From positions 18,069 to 82,068 of the forward strand of contig CAUBKG010000001.1 in assembly GCA_958436475.1 (NCBI GenBank): a DNA stretch of 64,000 bases, in the 5' to 3' direction. Below the pieces are notes generated by a model, which saw only the letters and a list, made by a program, of their open reading frames with translations, had not been told where the DNA came from and did no database searches. The stretch is from an uncultured Clostridia bacterium. Its GTDB lineage: Bacteria > Bacillota > Clostridia > Oscillospirales > Acutalibacteraceae. How positions within the stretch are numbered: the stretch's first letter is position 1; each line of letters begins with the position of its first letter. Positions 19,403 through 28,716 of this stretch are shown piece by piece. Position numbers and translations under genes: made by a program.

Positions 19403-20206
19403 TTATGCCAGTTCCTCCAGTGTGCCGAATGTGTATCCCGCTTCCTCCCATTTTGTGAGAAGTTCATCTAAAATTTCCGCGTTGGTTTTCGAAGTGCTGT
19501 GCAGCAGCACGACCGCACCGGGGTGCACGCGCGGCAGAAGCTTCGCGAACGCCTCTTCCTTACTCGGCTGCTTATCCTGATACCAGTCTACATACGCGAG
19601 GCTCCAGAAGACGGTTTTATACCCGAGCTCTTTTGCCTGCTTCAAATTGCTCTCACTGTATTTCCCCTGAGGCGGGCGGTAAAATTTCTTCATTTCCTGT
19701 CCAGTGGTCTGCTGGTAGAGCTGCTCGAGAGACTGTATTTCCTTTTGGAAGGACTCCATATCCGATATTTTGGACATATCGGGGTGATGGTAGGTGTGAT
19801 TGCCCACGATGTGGCCTTCCTCCACCATCCGTTTGACGAGGTCAGGGCTCGTTTCGATATAATTGCCCACCACAAAGAAGGTGGCCTTTACGTTGTGCTT
19901 TTTCAGAGCGTCCAGAATCGCGGGCGTGCAGCCGTTTTCAAACCCAGCGTCGAAGGTCAGGTATATTTTCTTTTCCGATGGATTGCCCACGTAATACGAA
20001 TCGTATTGCTTTAAAAAGTCCGCTGTCGCATTACCGACCGGCGTTTTCCCTTCCTCCTGGAAGCTCAGGCCCCAGTCGGTGTTTGCTTTCGCAGCGGCGG
20101 CGGTTCCCCCACCTGCAAAGCAGCGGATTCCCACCGGAATCATGATGAGAGCCAAAAGCCCTGCTGCTGCCGCAATGATATGCTTTTTCTTGATAATGAG
20201 GAACAT
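19403..20206 (-). CDS. polysaccharide deacetylase family protein (PdaA-like delta-lactam de-N-acetylase)
   Basis: NodB homology motifs TFDAGFENG and HTYHHP, with an N-terminal signal/anchor. Confidence 0.8.
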   Translation of the reverse strand: MFLIIKKKHIIAAAAGLLALIMIPVGIRCFAGGGTAAAAKANTDWGLSFQEEGKTPVGNATADFLKQYDSYYVGNPSEKKIYLTFDAGFENGCTPAILDALKKHNVKATFFVVGNYIETSPDLVKRMVEEGHIVGNHTYHHPDMSKISDMESFQKEIQSLEQLYQQTTGQEMKKFYRPPQGKYSESNLKQAKELGYKTVFWSLAYVDWYQDKQPSKEEAFAKLLPRVHPGAVVLLHSTSKTNAEILDELLTKWEEAGYTFGTLEELA

Positions 20207-20313
20207 AGCTTTCCCACCCTACTCTAACGATGTTGCTACTAAGTATATGTGTTCCCCTCCCGGGTTATGCCGTCCCTGCCGCTTTCCAACGCGCCTTCTG
20301 CAAAAGAAAAAAT

Positions 20314-20341
20314 TTGACAGGTGAAAAAAAGGTGATATACT
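20314..20341 (+). promoter_or_regulatory. promoter of thi operon
   Basis: TTGACA-N16-TGaTATACT (extended -10). Confidence 0.5.
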
Positions 20342-20359
20342 AAAAGCAAATCGAATATA

Positions 20360-20450
20360 CAGAGATGCGGGGGAACTCGTTCGAGTTGAGAAGGTAAAAC
20401 CTGACCCTTTGAACCTGTCGGTTAACACTGTCGTAGGGAAGCATTCATAA
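20360..20450 (+). promoter_or_regulatory. TPP (THI-box) riboswitch
   Basis: P1 ATGC/GCAT and the conserved GGGG...GAGA...ACCC...AACCTG...CGTAGGGA elements. It is followed by a terminator hairpin GGGCCGTGC..GCACGGCCC plus a T-run, and lies directly upstream of thiS-thiG-thiH-thiF-thiE-thiC. Confidence 0.85.
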
Positions 20451-20580
20451 AGATGTTATGAAGCACTTACCGAAAATGGGTAGGTGCTTTTTCTTTAGAA
20501 GGGCCGTGCGGCTGGGGGATACCCGGCGGATTTGCACGGCCCCTTTCGCATTTTCTGCAAAAAAGCATGGAGGTGAAACG

Positions 20581-20781
20581 ATGAAGATCACGGTCAACGG
20601 AAAGGAAACAGTGCAGGAAGCGGGCTGCACGGTGGAAGCGCTGCTGCGGGAAAAAGGGATTTCCCCGGCCTCGGTCGTGGCGGAGCACAACGGAAGGATC
20701 CTTTCCAAAGAGGATTTTGCCGCCGTTATTCTTTCAGAAGGCGATGTGTTGGAAATCCTTCGCTTCGTCGGCGGAGGCTGA
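20581..20781 (+). CDS. thiS: sulfur carrier protein ThiS
   Basis: 66 aa ending in GG (MKITVNGKE...RFVGGG). The track ORF beginning at 20458 is an upstream extension through the riboswitch terminator and is spurious. Confidence 0.8.
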   Translation: MKITVNGKETVQEAGCTVEALLREKGISPASVVAEHNGRILSKEDFAAVILSEGDVLEILRFVGGG

Positions 20782-20817
20782 GAAGGGCGCAAAGAAAAAA
20801 AGGAGGTTGCTTTTATC

Positions 20818-21588
20818 ATGACAGAAGATAACTTGATCATCGGCGGGCGGGAGCTCAACAGCCGCCTGTTCGTCGGCAGCGGAAAATACGGGGACGACAG
20901 CATCATCCCCTCGGTCATGGAAGCGTCCGGCTCGGAGGTCATTACAGTGGCCATCCGGCGGATGGATTTCGAGGAGCCAGAGAACAACATGCTGAATTAT
21001 ATCCCGGAGGGCTGCGTTTTGATGCCCAATACCTCCGGCGCACGAAACGCGGAGGAAGCCATCCGCATTGCGCACCTGGCGAGGGCCGCCGGCTGCGGAA
21101 ACTGGATCAAAATCGAAGTGGTTTCCGATAACAAATATCTCCTGCCCGATAACCAGGAGACCATACGCGCCGTAGAGGTGCTTGCAAACGAAGGCTTTGT
21201 GGTACTTCCTTATATGCTCCCCGATCCCATGGCCGCCCGCCGCATGCGGGATGCAGGCGCCGCTGCAATCATGCCGCTCGGCGCGCCCATCGGCACCAAC
21301 AAGGGCCTGAAAACACGGGAGCTCGTGAAAATACTCATCGATGAGACCGACCTTCCCGTGGTGGTGGACGCCGGAATCGGCAAGCCCTCGGAAGCGGCGG
21401 AGGCCATGGAACTCGGCGCATCCGCCGTGCTGGTAAACACCGCGATTGCCACGGCAAACGACCCCATCCGCATGGCCAAGGCCTTTTCTCTTGCCGTTAA
21501 GGCGGGCCGGGAAGCGTTCCTCGCGGGCCCGGGAAGCGTGAGCGAGTTTGCGGAGGCATCTTCTCCCCTCACCGGGTTTCTGCGCTGA
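20818..21588 (+). CDS. thiG: thiazole synthase
   Basis: ThiG TIM-barrel pattern with the conserved K and DAGIG motifs. Confidence 0.9.
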   Translation: MTEDNLIIGGRELNSRLFVGSGKYGDDSIIPSVMEASGSEVITVAIRRMDFEEPENNMLNYIPEGCVLMPNTSGARNAEEAIRIAHLARAAGCGNWIKIEVVSDNKYLLPDNQETIRAVEVLANEGFVVLPYMLPDPMAARRMRDAGAAAIMPLGAPIGTNKGLKTRELVKILIDETDLPVVVDAGIGKPSEAAEAMELGASAVLVNTAIATANDPIRMAKAFSLAVKAGREAFLAGPGSVSEFAEASSPLTGFLR

Positions 21589-21602
21589 ACGGAGGAACCA
21601 TC

Positions 21603-22727
21603 ATGAGCTTTTATAAAGTATACAAAACCTATAAGGAATTCGATTATGCCCGCTTTTTTGAAAGCGTAACGGATGAGGGGGTTGGGAACGCCCTCCGAAA
21701 GGAAACAAAATCGGAGCTCGATTTCCTCACCCTGCTCTCCCCGCTTGCATCCGCACGGCATATGGAGGAAATGGCGAGGCAGGCGCACGGGCTTACCCTG
21801 CGCCAGTTCGGGCGTGTCATCACCCTCTTTACGCCGCTTTACCTTGCCAATATCTGTGAAAACGCCTGTGTTTACTGCGGCTTCAACCGCCACAATTCCA
21901 TACGCCGCTCCAAGCTGACCCTCGAGGAGGTGGAACGCGAAGGGCAGGCCATCCACCGGCAGGGGATCCGGCATATCATTATTTTAACGGGCGAATCGCG
22001 CGCCGCCACACCTCCCGCGTATATTGCGGACTGCGTGCGCATCCTGAAAAAATATGTCAGCTCCATCTGCATCGAGGTGTATTCTCTCACAGAGGAGGAA
22101 TATGCAATGCTCTTCCGCGCCGGGGTGGACTGCTTCACCATGTTCCAGGAGACCTATAACGAGGATACCTATCCCCTCCTCCACCCTTCCGGCCCGAAGC
22201 ACGATTACCTCACCCGTCTGGACAGCCCCGAAAAAGCTGCGCGCGCGGATTACCACTGTGTGAATATCGGCGCGCTTCTCGGGCTCGATGACTGGCGGCG
22301 CGAGGTGTTTTACACCGGTCTTCACGCCAAATACCTGATGGACCGATATCCGGATACAGACGTTGCCGTTTCCCTTCCCCGCATCCGCCCCTGCGCCGGA
22401 GGCGGCGGCTTCCAGCCCGCCTGCGAAGTGGACGACCGTGCCATCGTGCAGGCCATGACCGCCCTGCGCTGCTTCCTCCCCCGCCTCGGCATCACGGTTT
22501 CCACCCGCGAAGCGCCTGAATTCCGGGATAACCTCATCGGGCTCGGAGTGACCAAAATGTCGGCCGGGTCGGTTACGGAGGTGGGCGGCCATTCGGGAGA
22601 AGCCAAGAGCGAGGGGCAGTTTGAAATTTCCGATTCCCGCGATGTGATCGAAATGTCCCGCGCGATCCGAGCGAAAGGATACCAGCCCGTGTATAAGGAC
22701 TGGGACATTTTGAGCTATGAAGCATGA
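21603..22727 (+). CDS. thiH: 2-iminoacetate synthase (tyrosine lyase), radical SAM
   Basis: CVYCGFNRHN radical SAM motif and thi-operon context. Confidence 0.9.
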   Translation: MSFYKVYKTYKEFDYARFFESVTDEGVGNALRKETKSELDFLTLLSPLASARHMEEMARQAHGLTLRQFGRVITLFTPLYLANICENACVYCGFNRHNSIRRSKLTLEEVEREGQAIHRQGIRHIIILTGESRAATPPAYIADCVRILKKYVSSICIEVYSLTEEEYAMLFRAGVDCFTMFQETYNEDTYPLLHPSGPKHDYLTRLDSPEKAARADYHCVNIGALLGLDDWRREVFYTGLHAKYLMDRYPDTDVAVSLPRIRPCAGGGGFQPACEVDDRAIVQAMTALRCFLPRLGITVSTREAPEFRDNLIGLGVTKMSAGSVTEVGGHSGEAKSEGQFEISDSRDVIEMSRAIRAKGYQPVYKDWDILSYEA

Positions 22728-23352
22728 TGTTTTCACCGAAGGTCTGCTCCGCTATTACACGGAAGAAGAGCTTTCACGCATCCGCTCGGCCGTGATCGGC
22801 ATTGCCGGTGCGGGCGGGCTCGGCTCCAACGCGGCGCACATGCTCGTGCGAAGCGGCTTCCGCCGCTTTGTGCTGGCCGATTTCGACTGCGTGGAGCCTT
22901 CGAACCTAAACCGCCAGTTTTTTTATCCCGCGCAGATCGGGCAAAAAAAAGTATATGCCCTGCGGGAAACCCTTCTGGCGATCGACCCGGGTATCCATGC
23001 CGAATGCTTTGCCGGGCGCGTGGAGCGGGAAAACATGCCGGAGCTTTTTTCCGGCTGCAATATCCTCATCGAAGCGCTGGATGGGGCCGAAAGCAAAGCG
23101 GAGTTCGTCTCCTGCGCCCTGCGGATGGGAAAGCCGGTCGTCTGCGCCTCCGGCATCTGCGGATGCGGGAACACCGACGCCGTGCGGGTAAAAAAGATAA
23201 GCGCCTCCCTTTATATCGTGGGAGATGGAAAAACGGAAGCATCCCGGCAAACGCCCCCCTTATGCCCCCGGGTGGTGCTGGCGGCGGCAAAGCAGGCGGA
23301 TATCGCCCTTTGCCTCATCTTAGGAAAGGAAGTGGTGGCTTATGACGCATGA
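22717..23352 (+). CDS. thiF: ThiS adenylyltransferase
   Basis: E1-like GAGGLGS nucleotide-binding motif. Confidence 0.85.
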   Translation: MKHDVFTEGLLRYYTEEELSRIRSAVIGIAGAGGLGSNAAHMLVRSGFRRFVLADFDCVEPSNLNRQFFYPAQIGQKKVYALRETLLAIDPGIHAECFAGRVERENMPELFSGCNILIEALDGAESKAEFVSCALRMGKPVVCASGICGCGNTDAVRVKKISASLYIVGDGKTEASRQTPPLCPRVVLAAAKQADIALCLILGKEVVAYDA

Positions 23353-24007
23353 TGAAAGGCTCCGCATTCTCCGGAATGCGGATATATACGGCATTACCGC
23401 CGAATGCTTTTCCCACGGGCGGGATAATATCGCCGTGGCGGAGGATATGCTGAAGGCGGGCATCCCGGTGTTGCAGTACCGGGAAAAGGAAAAATCCATG
23501 CGGGAAAAATATGAACAGTGCGTCCGTTTGCGGGAGCTTACCAGCCGTTTTGGGGCTCTCTTCCTCGTGAACGACCATATCGATTTGAGCCTCGCCGCTC
23601 ATGCGGACGGCGTACATATCGGGCAGGACGATATCCCCCTCGAAGCGGTGCGCCGCCTGCTGGGGCCAAATAAGATCATCGGCCTCTCCACTCACTCGCC
23701 CAAACAGGCGGAGGACGCTGTGCGGCAAGGAGCGGATTATATCGGCGTGGGCCCCATATACCGCACCTATACGAAAAAGGACGTCTGCGATCCGGTGGGC
23801 CTTTCCTATCTGCGGTATGCTGCGGAGCACGTCTCCCTTCCGTTCGTCACCATCGGCGGGATCAAGGAGCACAATGTGGCCGAGGTCGTAAGGAACGGCG
23901 CCAAATGCGTCTGCATGGTGAGCGAAATCGCAGGCGCGGAAAATATAGAACAGAAAGTAAAGGATATCCGCACTAAAATGAAGGAGGCGCAGCATGAAAG
24001 CGTATAA
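23342..24007 (+). CDS. thiE: thiamine-phosphate synthase
   Basis: ThiE TIM-barrel motifs (YREK, HIGQDD, GVGPIY). Confidence 0.9.
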   Translation: MTHDERLRILRNADIYGITAECFSHGRDNIAVAEDMLKAGIPVLQYREKEKSMREKYEQCVRLRELTSRFGALFLVNDHIDLSLAAHADGVHIGQDDIPLEAVRRLLGPNKIIGLSTHSPKQAEDAVRQGADYIGVGPIYRTYTKKDVCDPVGLSYLRYAAEHVSLPFVTIGGIKEHNVAEVVRNGAKCVCMVSEIAGAENIEQKVKDIRTKMKEAQHESV

Positions 24008-25301
24008 AACACAGATCGAGGCGGCAAAGCTGGGAATCGTAACCGAACAGATGAAGGCAGTGGCAAACGACGAAGGCCTGCCGGAAGAGCTCGTTCGCGA
24101 GCGGGTGGCAAAGGGAAGCATTGCCATCCCGGCTAACGTCAACCACAGTTCTTTGAAGCCTTACGGCATTGGCGAGGGCCTGCGGACGAAAATCAATGTA
24201 AACCTCGGCATTTCGGGCGACTGCATCCATTATGACGCGGAAATGGAAAAGGTGCGCCTTGCCATAGAATTCGGCGCGGAGGCCATCATGGATCTGAGCA
24301 ATTACGGCAAAACACGACAGTTCCGCCAAAAGCTGATCGAATGCTCCCCCGCCATGATCGGCACGGTGCCCATGTACGACGCGGTGGGCTTTTTAGAAAA
24401 GGAGCTGTGCGAGATCACGGCGGAGGACTTTTTAGAGGTGGTCCGCTCCCACGCGAAAGAGGGCGTGGATTTCGTTACCATCCACGCGGGGCTCAACCGC
24501 AAGACGATCGATTCATTCAAGAAGTCCGGCGGGCGCCTGACCAATATCGTCTCGCGCGGCGGCTCTCTCATTTACGCCTGGATGGAAATGACGGGCAACG
24601 AAAACCCTTTTTATGAGCATTACGACGAGCTGATGGATATCCTGCATGAATACGATGTGACCATCAGCCTCGGGGACGCGATGCGTCCCGGCAGCATTCA
24701 CGATGCAAGCGATGCGAGCCAGATTTCCGAGCTCATTGAGCTCGGCATCCTCACAAAGCGCGCCTGGGAGAAAAACGTGCAGGTGATGATCGAGGGTCCG
24801 GGCCATATGGCCCTGAATGAGATTGTCCCGAACATGGTGATGGAAAAGAGGCTGTGCCACAACGCGCCGTTTTATGTGCTCGGGCCGCTTGTGACCGACG
24901 TTGCCCCCGGGTACGACCATATCACCGCCGCAATCGGCGGGACGCTGGCGGCGGCAAACGGGGCGGATTTTCTTTGCTATGTCACTCCTGCCGAGCATCT
25001 CCGCCTGCCCGATGTGAACGACGTGAGGGAAGGCGTCGTCGCCTTCAAAATCGCCGCGCACGCCGCCGATGTGGCGAAAGGAATCCCCGGCGCGCGCGAA
25101 TGGGACGACCGCATGAGCCGCGCCCGGCGCGAGCTCGACTGGAAGGGGATGTTCGAAGAAGCGATCGACCGCAAAAAGGCCGAGGATTACTTCAACAGCG
25201 CAAAGCCCTCGCATGAGCATTCCTGCACCATGTGCGGAAAGATGTGCGCCATGCGAAATATGAATAAGATTCTTTCGGGTGAGGAGATTCGCCTGAAATG
25301 A
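23994..25301 (+). CDS. thiC: phosphomethylpyrimidine synthase
   Basis: 435 aa ThiC, including the C-terminal CTMCGKMC iron-sulfur motif. Confidence 0.93.
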   Translation: MKAYKTQIEAAKLGIVTEQMKAVANDEGLPEELVRERVAKGSIAIPANVNHSSLKPYGIGEGLRTKINVNLGISGDCIHYDAEMEKVRLAIEFGAEAIMDLSNYGKTRQFRQKLIECSPAMIGTVPMYDAVGFLEKELCEITAEDFLEVVRSHAKEGVDFVTIHAGLNRKTIDSFKKSGGRLTNIVSRGGSLIYAWMEMTGNENPFYEHYDELMDILHEYDVTISLGDAMRPGSIHDASDASQISELIELGILTKRAWEKNVQVMIEGPGHMALNEIVPNMVMEKRLCHNAPFYVLGPLVTDVAPGYDHITAAIGGTLAAANGADFLCYVTPAEHLRLPDVNDVREGVVAFKIAAHAADVAKGIPGAREWDDRMSRARRELDWKGMFEEAIDRKKAEDYFNSAKPSHEHSCTMCGKMCAMRNMNKILSGEEIRLK

Positions 25302-25303
25302 GC

Positions 25304-25350
25304 AACGCTCCCGGAACCGGCCTTTTAAACGGCCCGCCGGGAGCGTTTTA
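25304..25350. terminator. bidirectional terminator between thiC and the convergent hydrolase gene
   Basis: AACGCTCCCGG..CCGGGAGCGTT hairpin flanked by T/A runs. Confidence 0.6.
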
Positions 25351-25367
25351 TTTTGTTCGAAAAGCCA

Positions 25368-26387
25368 TCAGCTTCGGCATTCGCGCGGAGAAGCTTCCTG
25401 TTCTTCTTCCGCTTTCCGGCGAAGGAACACTTCCCGGTTTTTGCGGTTGAGCCACATGGTGGAAGCATCCATAGCGGAGCGGCAGGCCTTCGTTTGGTCC
25501 AGCGCGTTGAGCATCACAAAATCGTGGATCATGGCCGGGAACCGGATAGCGGTGACTTCCGCCCCGGCTTCCCGCAGGCGGCATGCGAACGCTTCGCCTT
25601 CATCGCGAAGCACGTCCGCTTCTCCGTTTAGGATCATCGTGGGCGGAAGCCAGCGGAGCTGTTCAGCATGCGCCCGCAGGGGCGAAGCGGTAATCTGCCT
25701 GCGGCTGCGTTCGCAAGCGGTATACTGGTTCCAGAACCACATCATCCCGGCACGGTAAAGGTAATAGCCGTCTGCAAAGGTGTGGTAGGAGCAGGTGTCG
25801 AAGCAGGCGTTCGTTACGGGGTAATACAGCAGCAGCTTATGAATTTTCGGCCCTCTCCGGTTTTTTGCAATCAGGGACATGGAAATCGCTATATTGCCGC
25901 CGGCGCTGTCTCCCGCCACGGTAAATGTATCCGCATCGCAGCTCAGGCCCACCGATTTGAGCAGCTCCGGAATCCGGCACATGACCCGGTAGCACTGTTC
26001 GATGGCAGTTGGATATTTTGCCTCCGGCGAACGGGTGTATTCGGGAAATACGATGATGGAATTCGTTCGGGCGCAGAGCTCGCGCACCAGCTTTTCATGT
26101 GTATGCAGGCTGCCGAACACCCATCCGCCCCCGTGGATATAGAATATAACGTCGTTTGTGCGAATGCCATTTTCCGGCACGACGATGTGCACCGGAATGG
26201 TCCCCCAGCGGCCGGTATTCACCTGTTTGGTGGCAAACCGCGCAGGCAGCTTATCGACAGGGGTATTCTGCATCTCCTCCAGCTTCCTCCGTCCTTCTGC
26301 GGGAGGAAGCTGAAATATCAGCGGCGGGACCGCAGCCGCTTCGCAAATTGCTTCCGCCTCCGGCTCCAGCGATACTGTTCGTTTCAT
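25368..26387 (-). CDS. alpha/beta hydrolase (esterase/lipase, HSL-like)
   Basis: HGGGW oxyanion motif and GDSAGG nucleophile elbow. Confidence 0.8.
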   Translation of the reverse strand: MKRTVSLEPEAEAICEAAAVPPLIFQLPPAEGRRKLEEMQNTPVDKLPARFATKQVNTGRWGTIPVHIVVPENGIRTNDVIFYIHGGGWVFGSLHTHEKLVRELCARTNSIIVFPEYTRSPEAKYPTAIEQCYRVMCRIPELLKSVGLSCDADTFTVAGDSAGGNIAISMSLIAKNRRGPKIHKLLLYYPVTNACFDTCSYHTFADGYYLYRAGMMWFWNQYTACERSRRQITASPLRAHAEQLRWLPPTMILNGEADVLRDEGEAFACRLREAGAEVTAIRFPAMIHDFVMLNALDQTKACRSAMDASTMWLNRKNREVFLRRKAEEEQEASPRECRS

Positions 26388-26533
26388 AGTTCCAACGCTC
26401 CTGTTCTTATAATCGGCGGATAGGGGGAGCGTCTAACCTGCCGTCAGCAAAAAATGCTTTTACAAAACAGTGTATGTAAAAGGCCGCGCGTCTGTCCACG
26501 AATCCAACAGTCCGTATGTTTTGGGTGCAAATA

Positions 26534-26549
26534 TCCATATTAATATGGA
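26534..26549. promoter_or_regulatory. perfect 16-bp palindrome TCCATATTAATATGGA upstream of ZIP transporter gene
   Basis: Seen directly in the sequence, 30 nt upstream of the start codon. Candidate metal-regulator operator. Confidence 0.4.
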
Positions 26550-26578
26550 AAGACTTTTTTGAAAGGACGGCGGACGTA

Positions 26579-27370
26579 ATGTATTCTCCTCTTGCCTGGG
26601 CGGCGGCAGGCACCGGCTTTACCTTTTTTATGACGGCGCTGGGAGCGGGAACGGTCTTCTTTTTCCGGAAATCCATCAGCCAGCGGGTGCAGCGCATTTT
26701 TCTGGGCTTTGCTGCGGGGGTCATGATTGCCGCCTCTGTTTGGAGCCTGCTGATTCCCGCGATTGAGGAGGCGGAGGCGGCCGGCGGGCCGGGCTGGCTC
26801 CCGGCGGCTACCGGGTTCCTGCTCGGCGTCGTATTCATGATGATGCTTGATTACGTCCTCCCCCACCTCCACCCGGATGCAAAACAGCCGGAAGGCATCC
26901 ATTCCCCCTGGCGGCGGACGACTCTTCTCGTTTTGGCGGTAACGCTGCACAATATTCCGGAAGGCATGGCAGTGGGCCTCTCCTTCGCACTTGCGGCGCA
27001 GAACAGCGATCCCGGCCTTTTTAGCGCCGCCATGGCGCTGGCCATCGGCATCGGCATTCAGAATTTTCCCGAGGGTGCGGCGATTTCCCTGCCCCTGCGC
27101 CGCGAGGGGCTTTCCGCCGGACGGAGCTTTGTGTATGGCAGCCTGTCGGGCGCGGTGGAATTCGTGTTTGGCGTTGCCGTGGTGCTTGCGGCGGGGTTCA
27201 TCCAGCCGCTCATGCCCCTTCTTCTCTCTTTTGCGGCCGGGGCTATGATGTATGTGGTGGTGGAAGAGCTGATTCCCGAAGCAAAGCTCGGCGAGCATTC
27301 CAACATCGGCACGCTCGGTGTGATGAGCGGTTTCCTTCTGATGATGGTCTTGGATGTAGCGCTGGGATAA
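26579..27370 (+). CDS. ZIP family metal (zinc) transporter
   Basis: ZIP His-rich TM motifs (HNxPEG, HExxD-like). ATG at 26579 with a GAAAGGACGG RBS; the track start at 26516 is an upstream extension. Confidence 0.8.
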   Translation: MYSPLAWAAAGTGFTFFMTALGAGTVFFFRKSISQRVQRIFLGFAAGVMIAASVWSLLIPAIEEAEAAGGPGWLPAATGFLLGVVFMMMLDYVLPHLHPDAKQPEGIHSPWRRTTLLVLAVTLHNIPEGMAVGLSFALAAQNSDPGLFSAAMALAIGIGIQNFPEGAAISLPLRREGLSAGRSFVYGSLSGAVEFVFGVAVVLAAGFIQPLMPLLLSFAAGAMMYVVVEELIPEAKLGEHSNIGTLGVMSGFLLMMVLDVALG

Positions 27371-27422
27371 TTTTGAGCAAAAAGCAAAGGCCGCCCATAC
27401 TGTGGGCGGATATGCGTAAAGA

Positions 27423-27464
27423 ATTGCCATGTGGCCCGCTGCACGGGCAACGGACGTAAAATCT
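27423..27464 (+). repeat. intergenic repeat family, truncated copy 1
   Basis: ATTGCCATGTGGCCCGCTGCACGGGCAACGGACGTAAAATCT shares about 38 nt with copies 2 and 3. Confidence 0.5.
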
Positions 27465-27467
27465 ATT

Positions 27468-28343
27468 TTATCCAAGCAAGTTCGGCAGCAGCATTACAAA
27501 TGTTCCGGCCACAATCGCCGAAAGCCCAAAAGCGGACTTTTTCGACAGCCGTTCGTGAAACACAACATAGGAAAACGCTATCGTAACAAGGATACTCAGC
27601 TTATCGATCGGAACGACCACGCCGGCAAGCCCATCCTGCAAGGCCTTGTAGTAGCACAGCCATGAACCGCCTGTGGCGAGCCCGGATAAGCAGATGAAGC
27701 CGAGCTCTTTTTTGGAGGTTTCCTTCAGCGTGCTTTGTTTTCCCGATACAAACACCATGATCCAAGACATAATAAGCACGACTCCCGTGCGGATCGCCGT
27801 TCCCAGATTGGATTCCACCCCGGTAATCCCCACCTTGCCGAGGATAGAGGTAAGGCTTGCAAAAACAGCAGAGCCTATTGCATAAAAAAGCCATCCTCTT
27901 CCCTTTGCGGAGGAAGTATGCATGTCCTTTTTTTCGACCATCAGGAATGTGCCTGCGGCAATCAGAATGACACCCGCGGTGCTGTATACGTTGATTCTTT
28001 CGTGCAGGAAGAGAAAAGCCAAAAGAATGGTTAAAATGGTGCTGGATTTATCAATCGGCACGACCTTATTGATATCGCCGATCTGCAGCGCCCTAAAATA
28101 GCACAGCCACGACGCGCCGGTGGCGAGCCCCGATAAAATTAAAAACAGCACTGTTTTCGCATCGATAGCCGTGAGTTGCGTCTGAGAACCCACGATCAGC
28201 ACCATGAGCCATGAAAATGCCAAAACGACAATCGTGCGAATCGCCGTTGCCACGGTGGAATCGGTTTTGCGGATGCCGCACTTTGCAAGAACGGAAGTAA
28301 CTCCTGCAAACAGAGCCGAACCAAATGCAAATAGAACCCACAT
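27468..28343 (-). CDS. EamA/DMT family transporter
   Basis: Two tandem EamA-type 5-TM halves. Confidence 0.8.
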   Translation of the reverse strand: MWVLFAFGSALFAGVTSVLAKCGIRKTDSTVATAIRTIVVLAFSWLMVLIVGSQTQLTAIDAKTVLFLILSGLATGASWLCYFRALQIGDINKVVPIDKSSTILTILLAFLFLHERINVYSTAGVILIAAGTFLMVEKKDMHTSSAKGRGWLFYAIGSAVFASLTSILGKVGITGVESNLGTAIRTGVVLIMSWIMVFVSGKQSTLKETSKKELGFICLSGLATGGSWLCYYKALQDGLAGVVVPIDKLSILVTIAFSYVVFHERLSKKSAFGLSAIVAGTFVMLLPNLLG

Positions 28344-28500
28344 ATCATCACCTCGTTGACCGGCATCCCCTGCTTTTTTGGGCCGGGCCTTTTATTATCT
28401 TTTTCCGGAGGCTGGGGAAACAATATCTGACCAGAAGCGGCGCGTGAATGATGTAATTGCCCGTCGCGCCGATCCCGCGGCGTGGTGGGCATAGCAAGAG

Positions 28501-28531
28501 CGCCTGTGTGGTTTTTTATCACACAGGCGCT
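28501..28531. terminator. hairpin GCGCCTGTGTG-loop-CACACAGGCGC
   Basis: Perfect 11-bp stem with a T-rich loop and flank. Confidence 0.4.
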
Positions 28532-28550
28532 TCTGCATTTTATAATTTCT

Positions 28551-28575
28551 ATAGATTGCAACAGGCAATCTATAA
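28551..28575. promoter_or_regulatory. inverted repeat TATAGATTGC-N5-GCAATCTATA upstream of EamA gene
   Basis: Perfect 10-bp arms. Confidence 0.4.
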
Positions 28576-28650
28576 AATTGCCCATGTTGCCCGTTGCACG
28601 GACAACGGACGTAAAATCTCAGCGCGCGGCCTCGAAGAGGCCATAGCGCA
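28568..28650 (+). repeat. intergenic repeat family, full copy 2 (about 83 nt)
   Basis: AATCTATAAAATTGCCCATGTTGCCCGTTGCACGGACAACGGACGTAAAATCTCAGCGCGCGGCCTCGAAGAGGCCATAGCGC is about 85 percent identical to the reverse complement of 60238-60322. Confidence 0.55.
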
Positions 28651-28716
28651 AAAAACAGCCGCTAAAAAACCTTGCCCGAAAAACTCCGCCTATTCGCGGC
28701 TATTGTTATATGGGTT

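Noticed and set aside
26540-27475. 311-aa minus-strand ORF
   Set aside because: Antisense to the ZIP transporter, with Arg/His-rich composition typical of GC-rich antisense frames.
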